Notes: generated from the sequence alone by a model not told the origin. A DNA stretch of 64,000 nucleotides from an uncultured Chloroflexia bacterium (GCA_963711405.1 CAVQDZ010000001.1:176722-240721); one strand, 5' to 3'. Shown: positions 31,977-42,477, counted from the stretch's first letter. Made by a program: numbers and translations.

Positions 31977-32381
31977 GTGCCACGTTTTCTGGTCGCGATC
32001 AAGTCCAATAGCCGGAGCGAAGCCGGCATCCAACCCAGCGAGCAGCTCCAAGCCAAAATGTCCGCCTACAACGACGAGTTGGTGGGTGCCGGGGTGAGGC
32101 TCACCGCCGAGGGCCTGTGGCCCAGCTCGAGAGGCGCCCGCGTCACCTTCCGTAACGGCACGACCACTGTCGTCGACGGCCCGTTCGCCGAGGCAAAGGA
32201 GGCCATTGGTGGCTTCTGGATCCTGCAGTGCAAGTCGCTCGACGAGTGCATCGAGTGGGTCAAGCGCGTGCCCGTCGACGCGTTGCCCGGCGCGACCAGC
32301 GAGGGCGAGATCGACATCCTCCAGGTCATCGACTGGGACGACTTTGTAAACACCACGCAGAGCTCTTCGGAAGGACACTGA
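31977..32381 (+). CDS. YciI-like (DGPF) domain protein
   Basis: GTG start 31977, 7 nt after RBS ggaggga. FLVAIKSNSRSEAG...TVVDGPFAEAKEAIGGFWILQCKSLDECIEWVKRVP. Confidence 0.65.
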   Translation: MPRFLVAIKSNSRSEAGIQPSEQLQAKMSAYNDELVGAGVRLTAEGLWPSSRGARVTFRNGTTTVVDGPFAEAKEAIGGFWILQCKSLDECIEWVKRVPVDALPGATSEGEIDILQVIDWDDFVNTTQSSSEGH

Positions 32382-32383
32382 AA

Positions 32384-32743
32384 GTGAAATTCTTCATCAC
32401 CCTCGTACCCGACCCCGCCTCGACCGCGAGCCAGGGTCCCAGCGTTGAGTTCATGGGCGCCATGGGCGAATACGTCACGAAGCAGTTTGCGAGCGGCAAG
32501 GTCATTGCCACGGGCGCCATGGAGCCGATCCAGGCCGGCACCGTCGTCGCGCCAGTCGAACGCCAGGCACGCATCGTCGACGGCCCGTACACGGAGGCCA
32601 AGGAGCTCATTGCGGGCTGGGTGCTGATCAACGCGGACTCGCGCGACGAGGCGATCCGCGGCGCACAGGAGTTCGTCCAGATGCACATCGACCACTGGCC
32701 CGGCTGGAACGGCCAGGGCGTGGTGCGCGAGGTGCTCGAGTAG
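32384..32743 (+). CDS. YciI-like (DGPF) domain protein, second tandem copy
   Basis: GTG at 32384, 3 nt after the previous stop. VKFFITLVPDPAS...RIVDGPYTEAKELIAGWVLINADSRDEAIRGAQEFV. Confidence 0.65.
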   Translation: MKFFITLVPDPASTASQGPSVEFMGAMGEYVTKQFASGKVIATGAMEPIQAGTVVAPVERQARIVDGPYTEAKELIAGWVLINADSRDEAIRGAQEFVQMHIDHWPGWNGQGVVREVLE

Positions 32744-32757
32744 ACGCGCACGGGCCT

Positions 32758-34050
32758 GTGGCCGAAAGGCCACAGGCCACTCAGGCAGCGATTGAGGCGG
32801 TCTGGCGGATCGAGTCGGCCCGCCTGATCGCTGCCTTGACGCGCGTCACGGGCGACGTCGGCCAGGCCGAGGATCTGGCCCAGGATGCACTCGTCGCCGC
32901 TCTCGAGCAGTGGCCGCGCGACGGCGTGCCAGATAACCCCGGTGCGTGGCTGATGGCCACTGCCAGGCATCGCGCCATCGACCAGATCAGGCGCGCCCAG
33001 ACGCTGCGCCGCAAGCAGCAGATGCTCGAGACGGACGCGCGCATCGAGCTCGAGTCAGAGATGTCCGACCTTGAAGACAATGCCGACGACCACATCGGCG
33101 ACGACCTGCTCCGGCTGGTCTTCATCTGCTGCCACCCGGTCCTCTCGACCGAGGCGCGCGTGACGCTCACCCTGCGGCTGCTCGGTGGCCTGACGACCGA
33201 CGAGATCGCGCGGGCCTTCGTCACGCCCGTGCCCACCGTTCAGCAGCGCATCGTGCGCGCCAAGCGCACCCTGGCCGAAGCCAAGGTTCCGTTCGAAGTT
33301 CCCGTCGCCCGCTGAGCTGGTCGACCGCCTCGAATCGGTGCTGGAGGTCGTCTATCTCATCTTCAACGAGGGCTACTCGGCGACCGACCGGCGAAGACTG
33401 GACGCGACCGGAGCTGTGCAACGACGCGCTGCGCCTGGGACGCATCCTGCGAGGGCCTCCTGCCCAACGAACCGGAGGTCCACGGCCTGACCGCCCTGAT
33501 GGAGCTGCAGGCGTCGCGGCTCAGGGCGCGCGTCGGTCCCGGCGGTGCGCCCATCCTGCTCGCCGATCAGAACCGGGCACGTTGGGACCAGCTGCTCATC
33601 GGTCGCGGATTGACTGCCCTGGCGCGTGCGCAGTCACTCGGTCGACCGCTCGGTCCGTACACGCTCCAGGCCGCGATCGCCGCGTGCCACGCACGCGCAC
33701 GTAGCGCCGACGAGACGGACTGGGAGCAGATCGTCGCGCTCTACGACGCGCTTGCGGCACTCAACCCATCGCCCATCGTGGAACTGAACAGGGCCGTGGC
33801 CGTATCAATGGCATACGGGCCGGCGGACGCGCTCGAGATTGTCGATGCGCTCGTTGCCGACGGGCGTCTGGACGCCTATCACCTGTTGCCGGCCGTGCGC
33901 GCCGATCTGCTCGTGCGCCTTGGTCGAGTCGCACGAGGCACGTGCCGAACTGGCCCGCGCCGCCAGCCTGACGCGCAACGAGCAGGAGCGGACGCTGCTC
34001 CAAACGCGCCTGGCGCGGCCTGCAGCAGGAAGGCGTCGATCTACCACTGA
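32758..34050 (+). CDS. long ECF-type RNA polymerase sigma factor (sigma-70 regions 2 and 4 plus DUF6596/TPR-like C-terminal domain), with about four frameshifts; C-terminus uncertain
   Basis: ORF 32758..33315 carries region 2 (DLAQDALVAALEQW) and region 4 (LTTDEIARAF...TVQQRIVRAKRTL). Manual reading gives VLEVVYLIFNEGYSAT...(frameshifts)...LTALMELQASRLRARV...NRARWDQLLIGRG (ORF 33499..34050). ...EARAELARAASLTRNEQERTLLQTRLA lies in yet another frame (ORF 33839..). Confidence 0.65.
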
Positions 34051-34130
34051 ATTAGGGCCAATACTTGCGTTTGTGAAAGTCGGCCTTTACTATTCGCAAT
34101 CTCGACTTTACAGAGAGGGCGAAATCAGCG

Positions 34131-35439
34131 ATGCAAGTGTTGAAACTGCGGGACTTCCGCCTGCTGTGGATCGGCGAGGCCATCTCTGGACTCGGCGACC
34201 AGTTCGCGTTCATCGCCCTGCCGTGGCTGGCCCTCGTAATGACCGGCAGCGGCCTCGCGCTTGGGTCGGTGCTGGCAGTCATGGCCATCCCCAGGGCCGT
34301 GCTGATGGTCATCGGCGGCGCCTACGTCGATCGGCTTTCACCGCGGCGCGTGATGATGCTGTCCAACGCCGTGCGCTTCGTCGCGGTGTCCGTGCTCGGC
34401 GTCGCGGTCGTCGCCGGTGTCGCACAGTTTTGGATGCTGTATCCCTTCGCGCTCGTCTTTGGCATCGCCGACGCTTTCTTCTTTCCGGCACAGACCTCGA
34501 TCGTGCCCGCGCTCGTGCCCGGCGAGCACCTGGGCCAGGCCAACGCGATCGTCCAGGGCACAGCGCAGCTGAGCGTCTTTGTCGGTCCGGCCGTGGCCGG
34601 CGTGATGATCGCCATTCTGGGATCGACCGCAGGCCAGCCATCAGCGGAGGGCATCGGCATTCGCCCTGCTTCTCGACGCGGTCAGCTTCGTGATTTCGCT
34701 GGTCACCCTGTGGCTGATCCGCGGCGGATCGGCCAAGGTCGCCGAGGCCGCTTCCTCTGTCGTTGCTCAGATCAAGGAAGGCATCTCGTACGTCTGGAAC
34801 TGGCCGGTGATGCGCCTGATCGTGATCCTTTCGATGGCCATCAACCTGCTCATCGTCGGCCCGTTCGAAGTCGGCATTCCACTGCTCGCGTACACCCGCC
34901 TGCCTGAGGGCGCGGCTGCCTTCGGGATCATGACTTCCGCCTTCGGGCTGGGTTCGCTGGTGGGCCTGGCCGGCGCAGCGGCACTGCCGGCGCCACGACC
35001 GGCACTGTTCAGCACGGCCGCGCTGGGCACGATCGCCATTGCCGGAATCCTGCTGGCGGTCATGTCCGCGGTCTATTCGACGATCCCTGCCCTGGTGATC
35101 GCGTTCCTGATCGGCATCAGCCTGGGTTACAGCAACCTGCTGACCATCACCTGGATCCAGCGCCGCATCCCGGGGACGCTGATGGGCCGGGTGATGAGCG
35201 TGCTGATGTTCGGCTCACTCGGACTGGTGCCGCTGTCGACCATGCTGGCGGGCGTGTTCGTGACCATCAACCTGTCCGGGCTGCTCATCGTTGGCGGGCT
35301 CGGAATGACCGTGCTGGTGCTTGCTTCACTGCTGTTCGGCCCGATCCGCAACATGGGCTTCGAGCCGGTGCTGGAGCCGGAAGAGGCAGCCGGCAGACGG
35401 CGCCGCGGCCCCCGCCGCGGCTTGATGTCGAAAAAGTAA
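34131..35439 (+). CDS. MFS transporter (12 TM), with a frameshift near 34650
   Basis: ORF 34131..34907 carries TM1-6, starting MQVLKLRDFRLLWIGEAISGLGDQF. ORF 34690..35439 carries TM7-12. Confidence 0.75.
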
Positions 35440-35517
35440 CCAGCGCCGGCGCAACCGGCACGCCATGCTCCGCGTCATCGGCTCTTCGCGGGCTTCCGCG
35501 CAGCTGCTCATCCGGAG

Positions 35518-36475
35518 GTGGCCGTGTACTCGAGATCAATCGACCGACTGTTCCGCATCAGCGCCGTCGCCACGCTGACCACGCTCCTGATCGCGTGCGG
35601 ATCGACGACGCCGACGGCCAGCCCGACCGTCAGCCAACCACCAACTTCCGCCCCGGCGAGCACGCCGACTGCTGCTCCGACACTACCGTCGGCGACCACC
35701 ACACCGGTGCCGGCCACGGCGAGCCCTGCGCCGACCGAGACGCCCGCGGGCGCAGCCCTGCTCCTCGAGGTGACCAACGAGGGCGGCTTCATCGCGCCAT
35801 CGGCGCACCTGGGCGAGGTTCCCTCCGTCGTCGTCGACACGGCCGGAAACATCTACACGGCTGGCCCAACTCCCGCCTGTCCTTCTGGTGGCGGCTGTGG
35901 AAGCTTGATTCCGCCCGTGGTCGTTCGCGACGTTGGCGCCAATGGTGCGGCCCAGATCCTCGCCGCGATGCGCGCTGCCGGCCTGGACAAGGAAGGCAGC
36001 AGCGGCGTTCCGGGTGACGCCGGCGTGACCGTCTTCACCGCGCAGATCGACGGCCAGGAGATCGTCAATCGCATCGCCGCGGGCGGGCCGGGCGGGCCGG
36101 GTCATCCGGGCGCATCACCTCAACCCGCGATCGACCTGCTCAACCGGCTGCTTGATCCCATCGGAGACGTGGGGCGCCGCTGATGTTTCAAATGCAGCAT
36201 TCACGCCGACCGCGTACAAGTTGTACGTGGCACCCACGACCGACACCGGCACGACCGCCGATTGGCCGTTGACGACGTCACTGGCCGACTTTGGATCGCC
36301 GTCTCAGCCGGACTTCGGCGTCACAGGTCTGCGCGCAGGCGTCGTGCTTGGTGCTGATGCGACGACGCTCGCCAGTGCGCTGGGTGCGACGCCTGCGGGC
36401 ACGTTGCTCAAGTCTGATGGTCAGACGTACCAGGTCTGGATCAGGCCTCTCCTGCCGCCCGAAATCAGCCAGTGA
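35518..36475 (+). CDS. lipoprotein, hypothetical (Thr/Pro/Ala-rich linker), with a frameshift near 36175
   Basis: Lipobox LLIACGS. Low-complexity PT-rich segment. Continues into ORF 36152..36475. Confidence 0.45.
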
Positions 36476-37632
36476 AGCGGTCGCGGCGGGGGTTCGACCG
36501 GGCTCGGCCGGTGCCTCCGCCGCGCGCCGCCTACTCGGCTCCACCGCCGGCGCCTGTGCCGCCGAGCCGGCTGACGGTCGCCGCGTGGGCGTTGCTGCCG
36601 CTGCGCGTCTTCTTCGGCGCCACCTTCGTGTACGCGGGCCTCGACAAGCTACTGGACCCGGGCTTCTTCGATCCGAATAGCGCGACGTCCATCCAGGCCC
36701 AGTTCCAGATCTTCGAGCGAGTCTCGCCGCTCGCGCCCCTTGTTCATTTCGTGGAGCCGATCGCGCCCGTGCTGGGCGTGCTCATCGCTCTGGGCGAGAT
36801 CGCGGTCGGCCTTGGCGCGCTGACCGGCCTTGCCTATCGGCTGGCGGCGTTGGGCGGCGCGTTCATCTCGTTCGTGTTCTTCCTGACCGCATCGTGGACG
36901 ACGCACCCGTATTACTTCGGCAACGACCTGCCCTACGCCTTCGGCTGGCTGACGCTGGCCCTCGCCGGCCACGGCAACCTGTTCGTGCTCCGTCTCGCAC
37001 GCGATCCGACGGATTCGTCCTCCGCGCAGGCGGACATGACTCGCCGCGGCATGATCCAGGTGGGCGCGCTGGCGCTGATCACCTTGCTCGTTGGCGGCGG
37101 CGCGGCACTTGTCCGCTTCATCCGCAACGAGCCCGCGCCGGGCGACATCGGCTCGGGTCCAACGCCGGGTCCCGGCCGCAGCCCGCTCGCAACTGCCACG
37201 CCCGCGGGTGCGACCGCAGCGCCGTCTGCCGGGGGCTCGGGCGCGCCGTCAGCGGAGCCCAGTGCGACCGCTGCTGGCACGGGCTCCGGCAACGGCATCG
37301 CGATTGCCCGGATCTCCGACGTGCAAAGCGCCGGCGCAAAGCGCTTCACCGTGCCGATCACAGCGCCGGCGCCGCTACCGGCAGGAGACCCGGCGATCGT
37401 CGTCGCGCTCGCCAACGGCCAATTCGCCGCCTACGACGCGTTGTGCACGCACGAGGGCTGTCGCGTGGGCTACAGCACCGGCGCCAAGATCCTCTTCTGC
37501 CCCTGCCACGGCGCCGAGTTTGACCCGGCCGACCACGCCGCCGTCCTGGCCGGTCCCGCGCCGGAACCGCTGCTTGAGCTGCCGCTCATCATCAACTCCC
37601 AGGACGGCACGATCGCCCTGGCCGTCTCCTAG
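36472..37632 (+). CDS. DoxX-family membrane domain fused to a Rieske [2Fe-2S] domain
   Basis: The N-terminal DoxX region is LRVFFGATFVYAGLDKLLDP with 4 TMs. A Pro/Ala/Gly-rich linker follows. The C-terminal Rieske boxes are CTHEGCRVGY and CPCHGAEF. Confidence 0.7.
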   Translation: MKRSRRGFDRARPVPPPRAAYSAPPPAPVPPSRLTVAAWALLPLRVFFGATFVYAGLDKLLDPGFFDPNSATSIQAQFQIFERVSPLAPLVHFVEPIAPVLGVLIALGEIAVGLGALTGLAYRLAALGGAFISFVFFLTASWTTHPYYFGNDLPYAFGWLTLALAGHGNLFVLRLARDPTDSSSAQADMTRRGMIQVGALALITLLVGGGAALVRFIRNEPAPGDIGSGPTPGPGRSPLATATPAGATAAPSAGGSGAPSAEPSATAAGTGSGNGIAIARISDVQSAGAKRFTVPITAPAPLPAGDPAIVVALANGQFAAYDALCTHEGCRVGYSTGAKILFCPCHGAEFDPADHAAVLAGPAPEPLLELPLIINSQDGTIALAVS

Positions 37633-37654
37633 CGCGTCGCGCCTAGCCGATTGG

Positions 37655-38119
37655 CTACTGGCCGGCCAGCTCTGTCGACGGCCAATGAGCCCAGAGCAAA
37701 GCGACCAACACGATCAGGTCGAAGACCAGTGCCGCGATCGCGCTACTCGGGGCAAGTCCGTCCCACATGACGATGATGCCTGCGGCTGAGATGACCGCGC
37801 CCAGCACGGCCGCGCCACGCCACCAGTCGGTGCCCATGAAGAAACCGACCACGGCGGCTACGAAGAGCGCGATCGTGGATGTCCAGACGATTGCGGCGAA
37901 GGCGCGCGTTACGCCATCACCAAGCAGAGGCGTCACCAGCCACGAGTGGCCGGTCTGATCAGCCCAGGTCGTTACGCGCAGGGCAGGTCCAAGGAACAGG
38001 ATGTGGCCGACGCCGTGAGCCAGGACGACGGCGGCGATGACCAGTTTCAGCATGTTCACAGGCTGGCCGTCGCGCCACATGTCGTTCATGTGCCAGTGGT
38101 CGTCCGATACGCACGACAA
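37655..38119 (-). CDS. hypothetical small membrane protein (4 TM)
   Basis: 154-aa ORF with hydrophobic segments. Divergent from 38180. Confidence 0.4.
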   Translation of the reverse strand: MSCVSDDHWHMNDMWRDGQPVNMLKLVIAAVVLAHGVGHILFLGPALRVTTWADQTGHSWLVTPLLGDGVTRAFAAIVWTSTIALFVAAVVGFFMGTDWWRGAAVLGAVISAAGIIVMWDGLAPSSAIAALVFDLIVLVALLWAHWPSTELAGQ

Positions 38120-38179
38120 TTGGCCCTACTGACGGGCGCCATTTGCACGGACGATCCGCGCGTGACACGAGCCCAACGC

Positions 38180-39094
38180 ATGTCCATGGCCGGCTACGGC
38201 GCATTCGTCGCCGCGCTCGCCGGCATCAGTTCAGCACTCGGCGTCTTCGCCCGCGGCGACGGCGCGTTCGCGAGTGTGACCTCTGTGCGCGGCATGACCT
38301 ACGACATGGCGACGACCGGCGTGTATGCCTACAACGCCAACCAGGTCGTCGCGGAGGGTGTGGGCTGGGACGTGTTCACGCTTGTCGCGATCGTCCCGGT
38401 CACGTTGCTGACGATGTACTTCGTCGCGCGCGCTTCCATGCGCGCGCGCCTCGCCGCGATCGGCCTGTTCGGCTACTTCTTCTACCAGTACCTGGAGTAC
38501 GCCGTCACGTGGGCGTTCGGACCACTCTTTCCGCTCTTCGTTGCCATCTACGGGCTGAGCCTGATCGGCATCGTCTGGTTCTCCGTCAGCGTCGCGCGCG
38601 ACGACGTGGTGCGGCGTTTCTCGACGGACTTTCCACGGCGTGCCTTCGTCGCGCTGAACGTGGCCATGGCCGCGCTGCTGGTGCTCATGTGGTCGGGGCG
38701 CATCGCGACAGGGCTTTCCGGCGACCTGGCCGGAGCCGGCCTCTTCGGCGAGACCACGCTCACTGTTCAGGCTCTCGACCTGGGCCTCGTCGTACCAATC
38801 GCACTCCTCTCGGCGCTCCTTGTCTGGCGCCGCGCCCCAGCTGGCTACGCAGTCGCCGCCGCCTACGTGGTCACGTCGTTGACCATGGCGGCGGCGCTCG
38901 TGGCCATGCTCGTCAGCAGCGGCCTGGTCAGCGGCGCCATGCCCTGGCCGCCGATCGTGATCTTCGCTGCGTTCTTCGTCGGCTTCAGCTGGGTCGGGCT
39001 GCGCATCTACCGCGGTATCTCTGAGAGCCCAAGCGTGTCCGTCGCGGAGCGCAACGCGCCCACGAGAGGGAGTCTGGCCACCCAGACGCACTGA
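38180..39094 (+). CDS. hypothetical integral membrane protein (about 8 TM)
   Basis: Internal ATG 38180 (MSMAGYGAFVAALAG...) of ORF 37946..39094. The upstream part overlaps the divergent gene. Confidence 0.5.
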   Translation: MSMAGYGAFVAALAGISSALGVFARGDGAFASVTSVRGMTYDMATTGVYAYNANQVVAEGVGWDVFTLVAIVPVTLLTMYFVARASMRARLAAIGLFGYFFYQYLEYAVTWAFGPLFPLFVAIYGLSLIGIVWFSVSVARDDVVRRFSTDFPRRAFVALNVAMAALLVLMWSGRIATGLSGDLAGAGLFGETTLTVQALDLGLVVPIALLSALLVWRRAPAGYAVAAAYVVTSLTMAAALVAMLVSSGLVSGAMPWPPIVIFAAFFVGFSWVGLRIYRGISESPSVSVAERNAPTRGSLATQTH

Positions 39095-39124
39095 TCCGCG
39101 CCGCTGGGCGCGGCGTATCGTTTC

Positions 39125-39529
39125 GTGATGGAGGCGGACGTACCTTTCGGCACGCTCGACTACGTGTACATGCCCAGCAAGGACGTGGCCGCGGACGTCC
39201 GCTACTTCACCGACGTCCTGGGCGCCACACGTGTCTTTGCGATCGACGACGGGGGCACGCGCGTGGCCATGGTCGCGCTCGGAGAGGAGCCGCCACAGCT
39301 GTTGCTGACCGACCACCTGGACACGGACGCGCCCATCCTCGTCTTTCGCGTCGCGGACCTTTCCGCGCATGTCGCACGCCTACAGGCGCAAGACGTAGAC
39401 GGCTGGCGTCTGGAGCTGCCCATGGGTCCCGCGTTCTCGTGGCGCGCGCCGGGCGGCCAGCGCGTGGCCATCTACGAGCCGACGCGCGTCGGCGTCGTGC
39501 AGCACTTCATGGGCCGCAGCGACTTCTGA
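39125..39529 (+). CDS. VOC (glyoxalase / bleomycin-resistance fold) family protein
   Basis: 134 aa. DVRYFTDVLGATRVFAIDDGGTRVAMV...ILVFRVADL. Confidence 0.55.
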   Translation: MMEADVPFGTLDYVYMPSKDVAADVRYFTDVLGATRVFAIDDGGTRVAMVALGEEPPQLLLTDHLDTDAPILVFRVADLSAHVARLQAQDVDGWRLELPMGPAFSWRAPGGQRVAIYEPTRVGVVQHFMGRSDF

Positions 39530-39542
39530 GTACCCTGCGTCA

Positions 39543-40913
39543 ATGACACATGAGACGGGTGTCGTCGATGAGTTGCGTGCACGACTGACCGGTCGCGTGA
39601 TCGCCTCCGACGACACTGACTACAACAAGGCGCGCACCGTTTTCCGTGGCGAAGTCGATGGCCACCCGCTCGCGATCGCGCGCGTGGCATCGGCCGCGGA
39701 CGTTGGCCACGTCATCGCTGTCGCGCGCGAAGCGGGGCTGACCTTGAGCGTGCGCAGTGGCGGGCACAGCCCTGCCGGCCACAGCACGAACGACGGCGGA
39801 CTGGTGCTCGACGTGCGCGACATGACCAGGGTCGACATCGACGGCAGCACCGGAACCGCATGGGCTGAAGCCGGCTTGAGCGCGGCCGCTATGACCCAGG
39901 CAGCCTGGGATCGGGGTCTGGTGATCGGCTACGGCGACACCGGGTCGGTGGGCATCGGTGGCATCACCTTGGGCGGGGGCATCGGCTATCTCGTGCGCAA
40001 GCACGGCCTGACGGTCGACAACCTGCTCGAGGCAGACCTGGTCACGGCGGAAGGCGAGCTCGTGCGCGTCGACGAGCGCTCGCAGCCCGATCTCTTCTGG
40101 GCGATCCGCGGCGGCGGCGGCAACTTCGGCGTTGCCACGCGCTTCCGGTATCAGCTCCAACCTATGCCCGATTTCACCGGCGGCTTGATGGTCCTGCCGG
40201 CGACGCCAGACACCATCGTCGGGTTCATGGACGCGTCGGCGGAGGCGCCAGAGGCACTCGGCACGATCGCCAATGTGATGGGCTGCCCGCCGCTGCCGTT
40301 CGTGCCCCCGGAGGTCGTGGGCACGCTCGTGATATTCGCCTTGTTGGGTTTCAGCGGGAAACCGGATGAGGCGGAGGCGGCCCTCAAACCTATTCGCGCG
40401 CTAGGGCCGATTGCCGACATGGTCAAGCCGATGCCCTACCCGGAGATGTATCAAGCGGAGGACGACTCGTACCGACCAAAGGCACTCGACCAAACGTTCT
40501 TCATGGACCACGTCGATCGTGCGACGGCGCAGACGATCATCGAGCGGCTTCTGGCATCAGACGCTCCACTGAAGGCCGTGCAGCTGCGCGCGCTCGGTGG
40601 AGCAATGGCGCGCGTACCTGTTGATGCCACGGCATTCGCCCATCGCCGCGCTCCGATCCTCGCCGTGGCGGTCAACTTCTTCGAGGATGAGCACGACTAC
40701 CCCAGGCGCGAGGAGTGGCTGCACGGGACGGTCGCGGCGCTCGACCAGGGAGTGCCCGGCGCGTACGTCGGTTTCCTGGGCAACGAGGGCGAGGCCCGAC
40801 TGAGAGCGGCCTACCCGGGCCAGACCTGGGAACGCCTGCGCGACGTCAAGACACGCTGGGACCCGCACAACGTGTTCCGCATGAACCAGAACGTCCCACC
40901 GCGGTCGTCCTAG
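39543..40913 (+). CDS. FAD-binding oxidoreductase (VAO/PCMH-type FAD-linked oxidase, BBE-like)
   Basis: 456 aa, intact. RSGGHS and GIGGITLGGGIGYL are FAD-binding PCMH motifs. The C-terminus WDPHNVFRMNQN is BBE-like. Confidence 0.8.
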   Translation: MTHETGVVDELRARLTGRVIASDDTDYNKARTVFRGEVDGHPLAIARVASAADVGHVIAVAREAGLTLSVRSGGHSPAGHSTNDGGLVLDVRDMTRVDIDGSTGTAWAEAGLSAAAMTQAAWDRGLVIGYGDTGSVGIGGITLGGGIGYLVRKHGLTVDNLLEADLVTAEGELVRVDERSQPDLFWAIRGGGGNFGVATRFRYQLQPMPDFTGGLMVLPATPDTIVGFMDASAEAPEALGTIANVMGCPPLPFVPPEVVGTLVIFALLGFSGKPDEAEAALKPIRALGPIADMVKPMPYPEMYQAEDDSYRPKALDQTFFMDHVDRATAQTIIERLLASDAPLKAVQLRALGGAMARVPVDATAFAHRRAPILAVAVNFFEDEHDYPRREEWLHGTVAALDQGVPGAYVGFLGNEGEARLRAAYPGQTWERLRDVKTRWDPHNVFRMNQNVPPRSS

Positions 40914-40919
40914 CGCGCA

Positions 40920-41360
40920 ATGCGGACATTCACGTCGACACTCGAGATCGCGGCCAGGCCGGAACACGTCTTTGGCTACGCGACTGAGCCCCTCAATTTT
41001 CCGCAGTGGCAGCCGGATGTCGTCAGCGTCGAATGGGAGGGCGCCGGCGGCCGGGTGGGATCGCGCTTCACGACCAGGCGGCGCGTGCCCGGTGGCGCGC
41101 AGTCATATACCCAGGAAGTGACCGAGCGTGTGCCGTTCCGGTCGTGGGCGGCCACGGGCATTGAGGGTCTGCTGCGGCCCAACGCGAGCATTGAGGTCGA
41201 GCCGATCAACGACGGCATGCATTCGCGCGTCACCTTCACTCTGAGCTACGGCTCCAGCCGCGCAGGCGCACTGCTCGTGCCACTCGTCGAACGTGCCACT
41301 CCCAAACAGGCCAGCCGCAGCTACGAGCTCCTCAAGCAGATCCTTGAGCGCGGGCGATGA
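40920..41360 (+). CDS. SRPBCC (START / Bet v1-like, polyketide cyclase-like) family protein
   Basis: 146 aa. FTSTLEIAARPEHVFGYATEPLNFPQWQPDVVSVEW. Confidence 0.55.
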   Translation: MRTFTSTLEIAARPEHVFGYATEPLNFPQWQPDVVSVEWEGAGGRVGSRFTTRRRVPGGAQSYTQEVTERVPFRSWAATGIEGLLRPNASIEVEPINDGMHSRVTFTLSYGSSRAGALLVPLVERATPKQASRSYELLKQILERGR

Positions 41361-41367
41361 GCGCAGG

Positions 41368-42477
41368 TCAGCGCTCGTAAGCTCCGATGTCGGCGGCTGA
41401 ACCTCGTGGACGGGTGACGCCGCGTTGATCTGTGGCCAGTGACACGGCGCCGCCCGCGTTGATCGCCGGGCTGCCGGCCCGTAGTCGCAGAGTGTCGGTC
41501 GGCCCGCCGTAGTTGGCCAGCGCGTCGAGTGACGGATCGCCGTTCACGTCGGCGGGTCCAGTGAATCCGCAGCTCGTTCCGTTCTCCAGGTTGTGATCGT
41601 TTGAGGTGATGGCCTGTGCGCAGTTCTTATTAGCCGTGAACAGGCCGGCCTTGTTCTTGGCGATGATCGTGCTGTCCGCCGTAACCGTGCCTGAGTTGAC
41701 GGCCAAGCCGCCGCCCGGTTGCGTCGCCGTGTTGAAGGCGATCGTGCTGAACTCGATGGCCAGTGTCCCGTAGAACATCTCGATTCCGGCAGCGAATGTG
41801 GCCTTGTTGCCGGAGATCGTGGTGTTGCGCAGCGTCAGAGCGCCGTAGTTCTGGATGCCGCCGCCCTGTCCGCCAGATGTGGCGCGGTTTCCGCTGATGG
41901 TGCTGGCCTCGATGACCATGGTCGTTGGGTTCGTGTAGCCATTCTGGATGCCCCCGCCCTGGGTGGCGCGATTGTTGCTGACAGTGCTCTTGTACAGGTT
42001 GAACGTTGCCTGGTCTTCCTGGTGCCAGATGCCTCCGCCGATCGCATCTGTCGACTTGCCATTGGTGATCGTCACGCCCTGGACGAGGATTCCGTAGTCG
42101 CTCGGCGCGTTGGTATCCGGCACGTGCAGGACGCGATCCGTGGCGTTGCCGTCGATGATCGTCTTGCGCGCGCCGGCCCCGAGCAAATCGATGGGGCTGC
42201 GGATGTCCAGGTCGCCGGTGTCGTTCAGATCCTCATTGACGCCCGTCCGCGTGAGCTTGTAGTGGCCTGCCGGAACGTTGATTGTGGTGGCGTCGAAGTT
42301 GGCGTTGGCAGCGGTGATCGCCTCACGAAGCGAGCAGTCGGAGTTGCACACGCCGTCGGCTGTGTCTGCCGTCTTCGTGACCGTGAGTGGCCCAACCGCC
42401 AAGGTAGGAAAAGGCACGGCCCACACGGCTGCCGCAACAACGGCCACTACGGCGATGAATTTCCGGCGGTCGACCAC
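41368..42477 (-). CDS. secreted right-handed parallel beta-helix repeat protein (choice-of-anchor-Q-like)
   Basis: GTG start 42477 with RBS aaggag. Signal peptide VVDRRKFIAVVAVVAAAVWAVPFPTLA. CSLREAITAANA motif. Repeated ...ISGN(R/K)AT...GGGI... turns. Confidence 0.65.
   Translation of the reverse strand: MVDRRKFIAVVAVVAAAVWAVPFPTLAVGPLTVTKTADTADGVCNSDCSLREAITAANANFDATTINVPAGHYKLTRTGVNEDLNDTGDLDIRSPIDLLGAGARKTIIDGNATDRVLHVPDTNAPSDYGILVQGVTITNGKSTDAIGGGIWHQEDQATFNLYKSTVSNNRATQGGGIQNGYTNPTTMVIEASTISGNRATSGGQGGGIQNYGALTLRNTTISGNKATFAAGIEMFYGTLAIEFSTIAFNTATQPGGGLAVNSGTVTADSTIIAKNKAGLFTANKNCAQAITSNDHNLENGTSCGFTGPADVNGDPSLDALANYGGPTDTLRLRAGSPAINAGGAVSLATDQRGVTRPRGSAADIGAYER

Noticed and set aside
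36480-36500. tRNA T-arm-like string GGGGTTCGACCGGGC
   Set aside because: No acceptor-stem or anticodon-arm pairing around it. It lies inside the DoxX-Rieske coding start.
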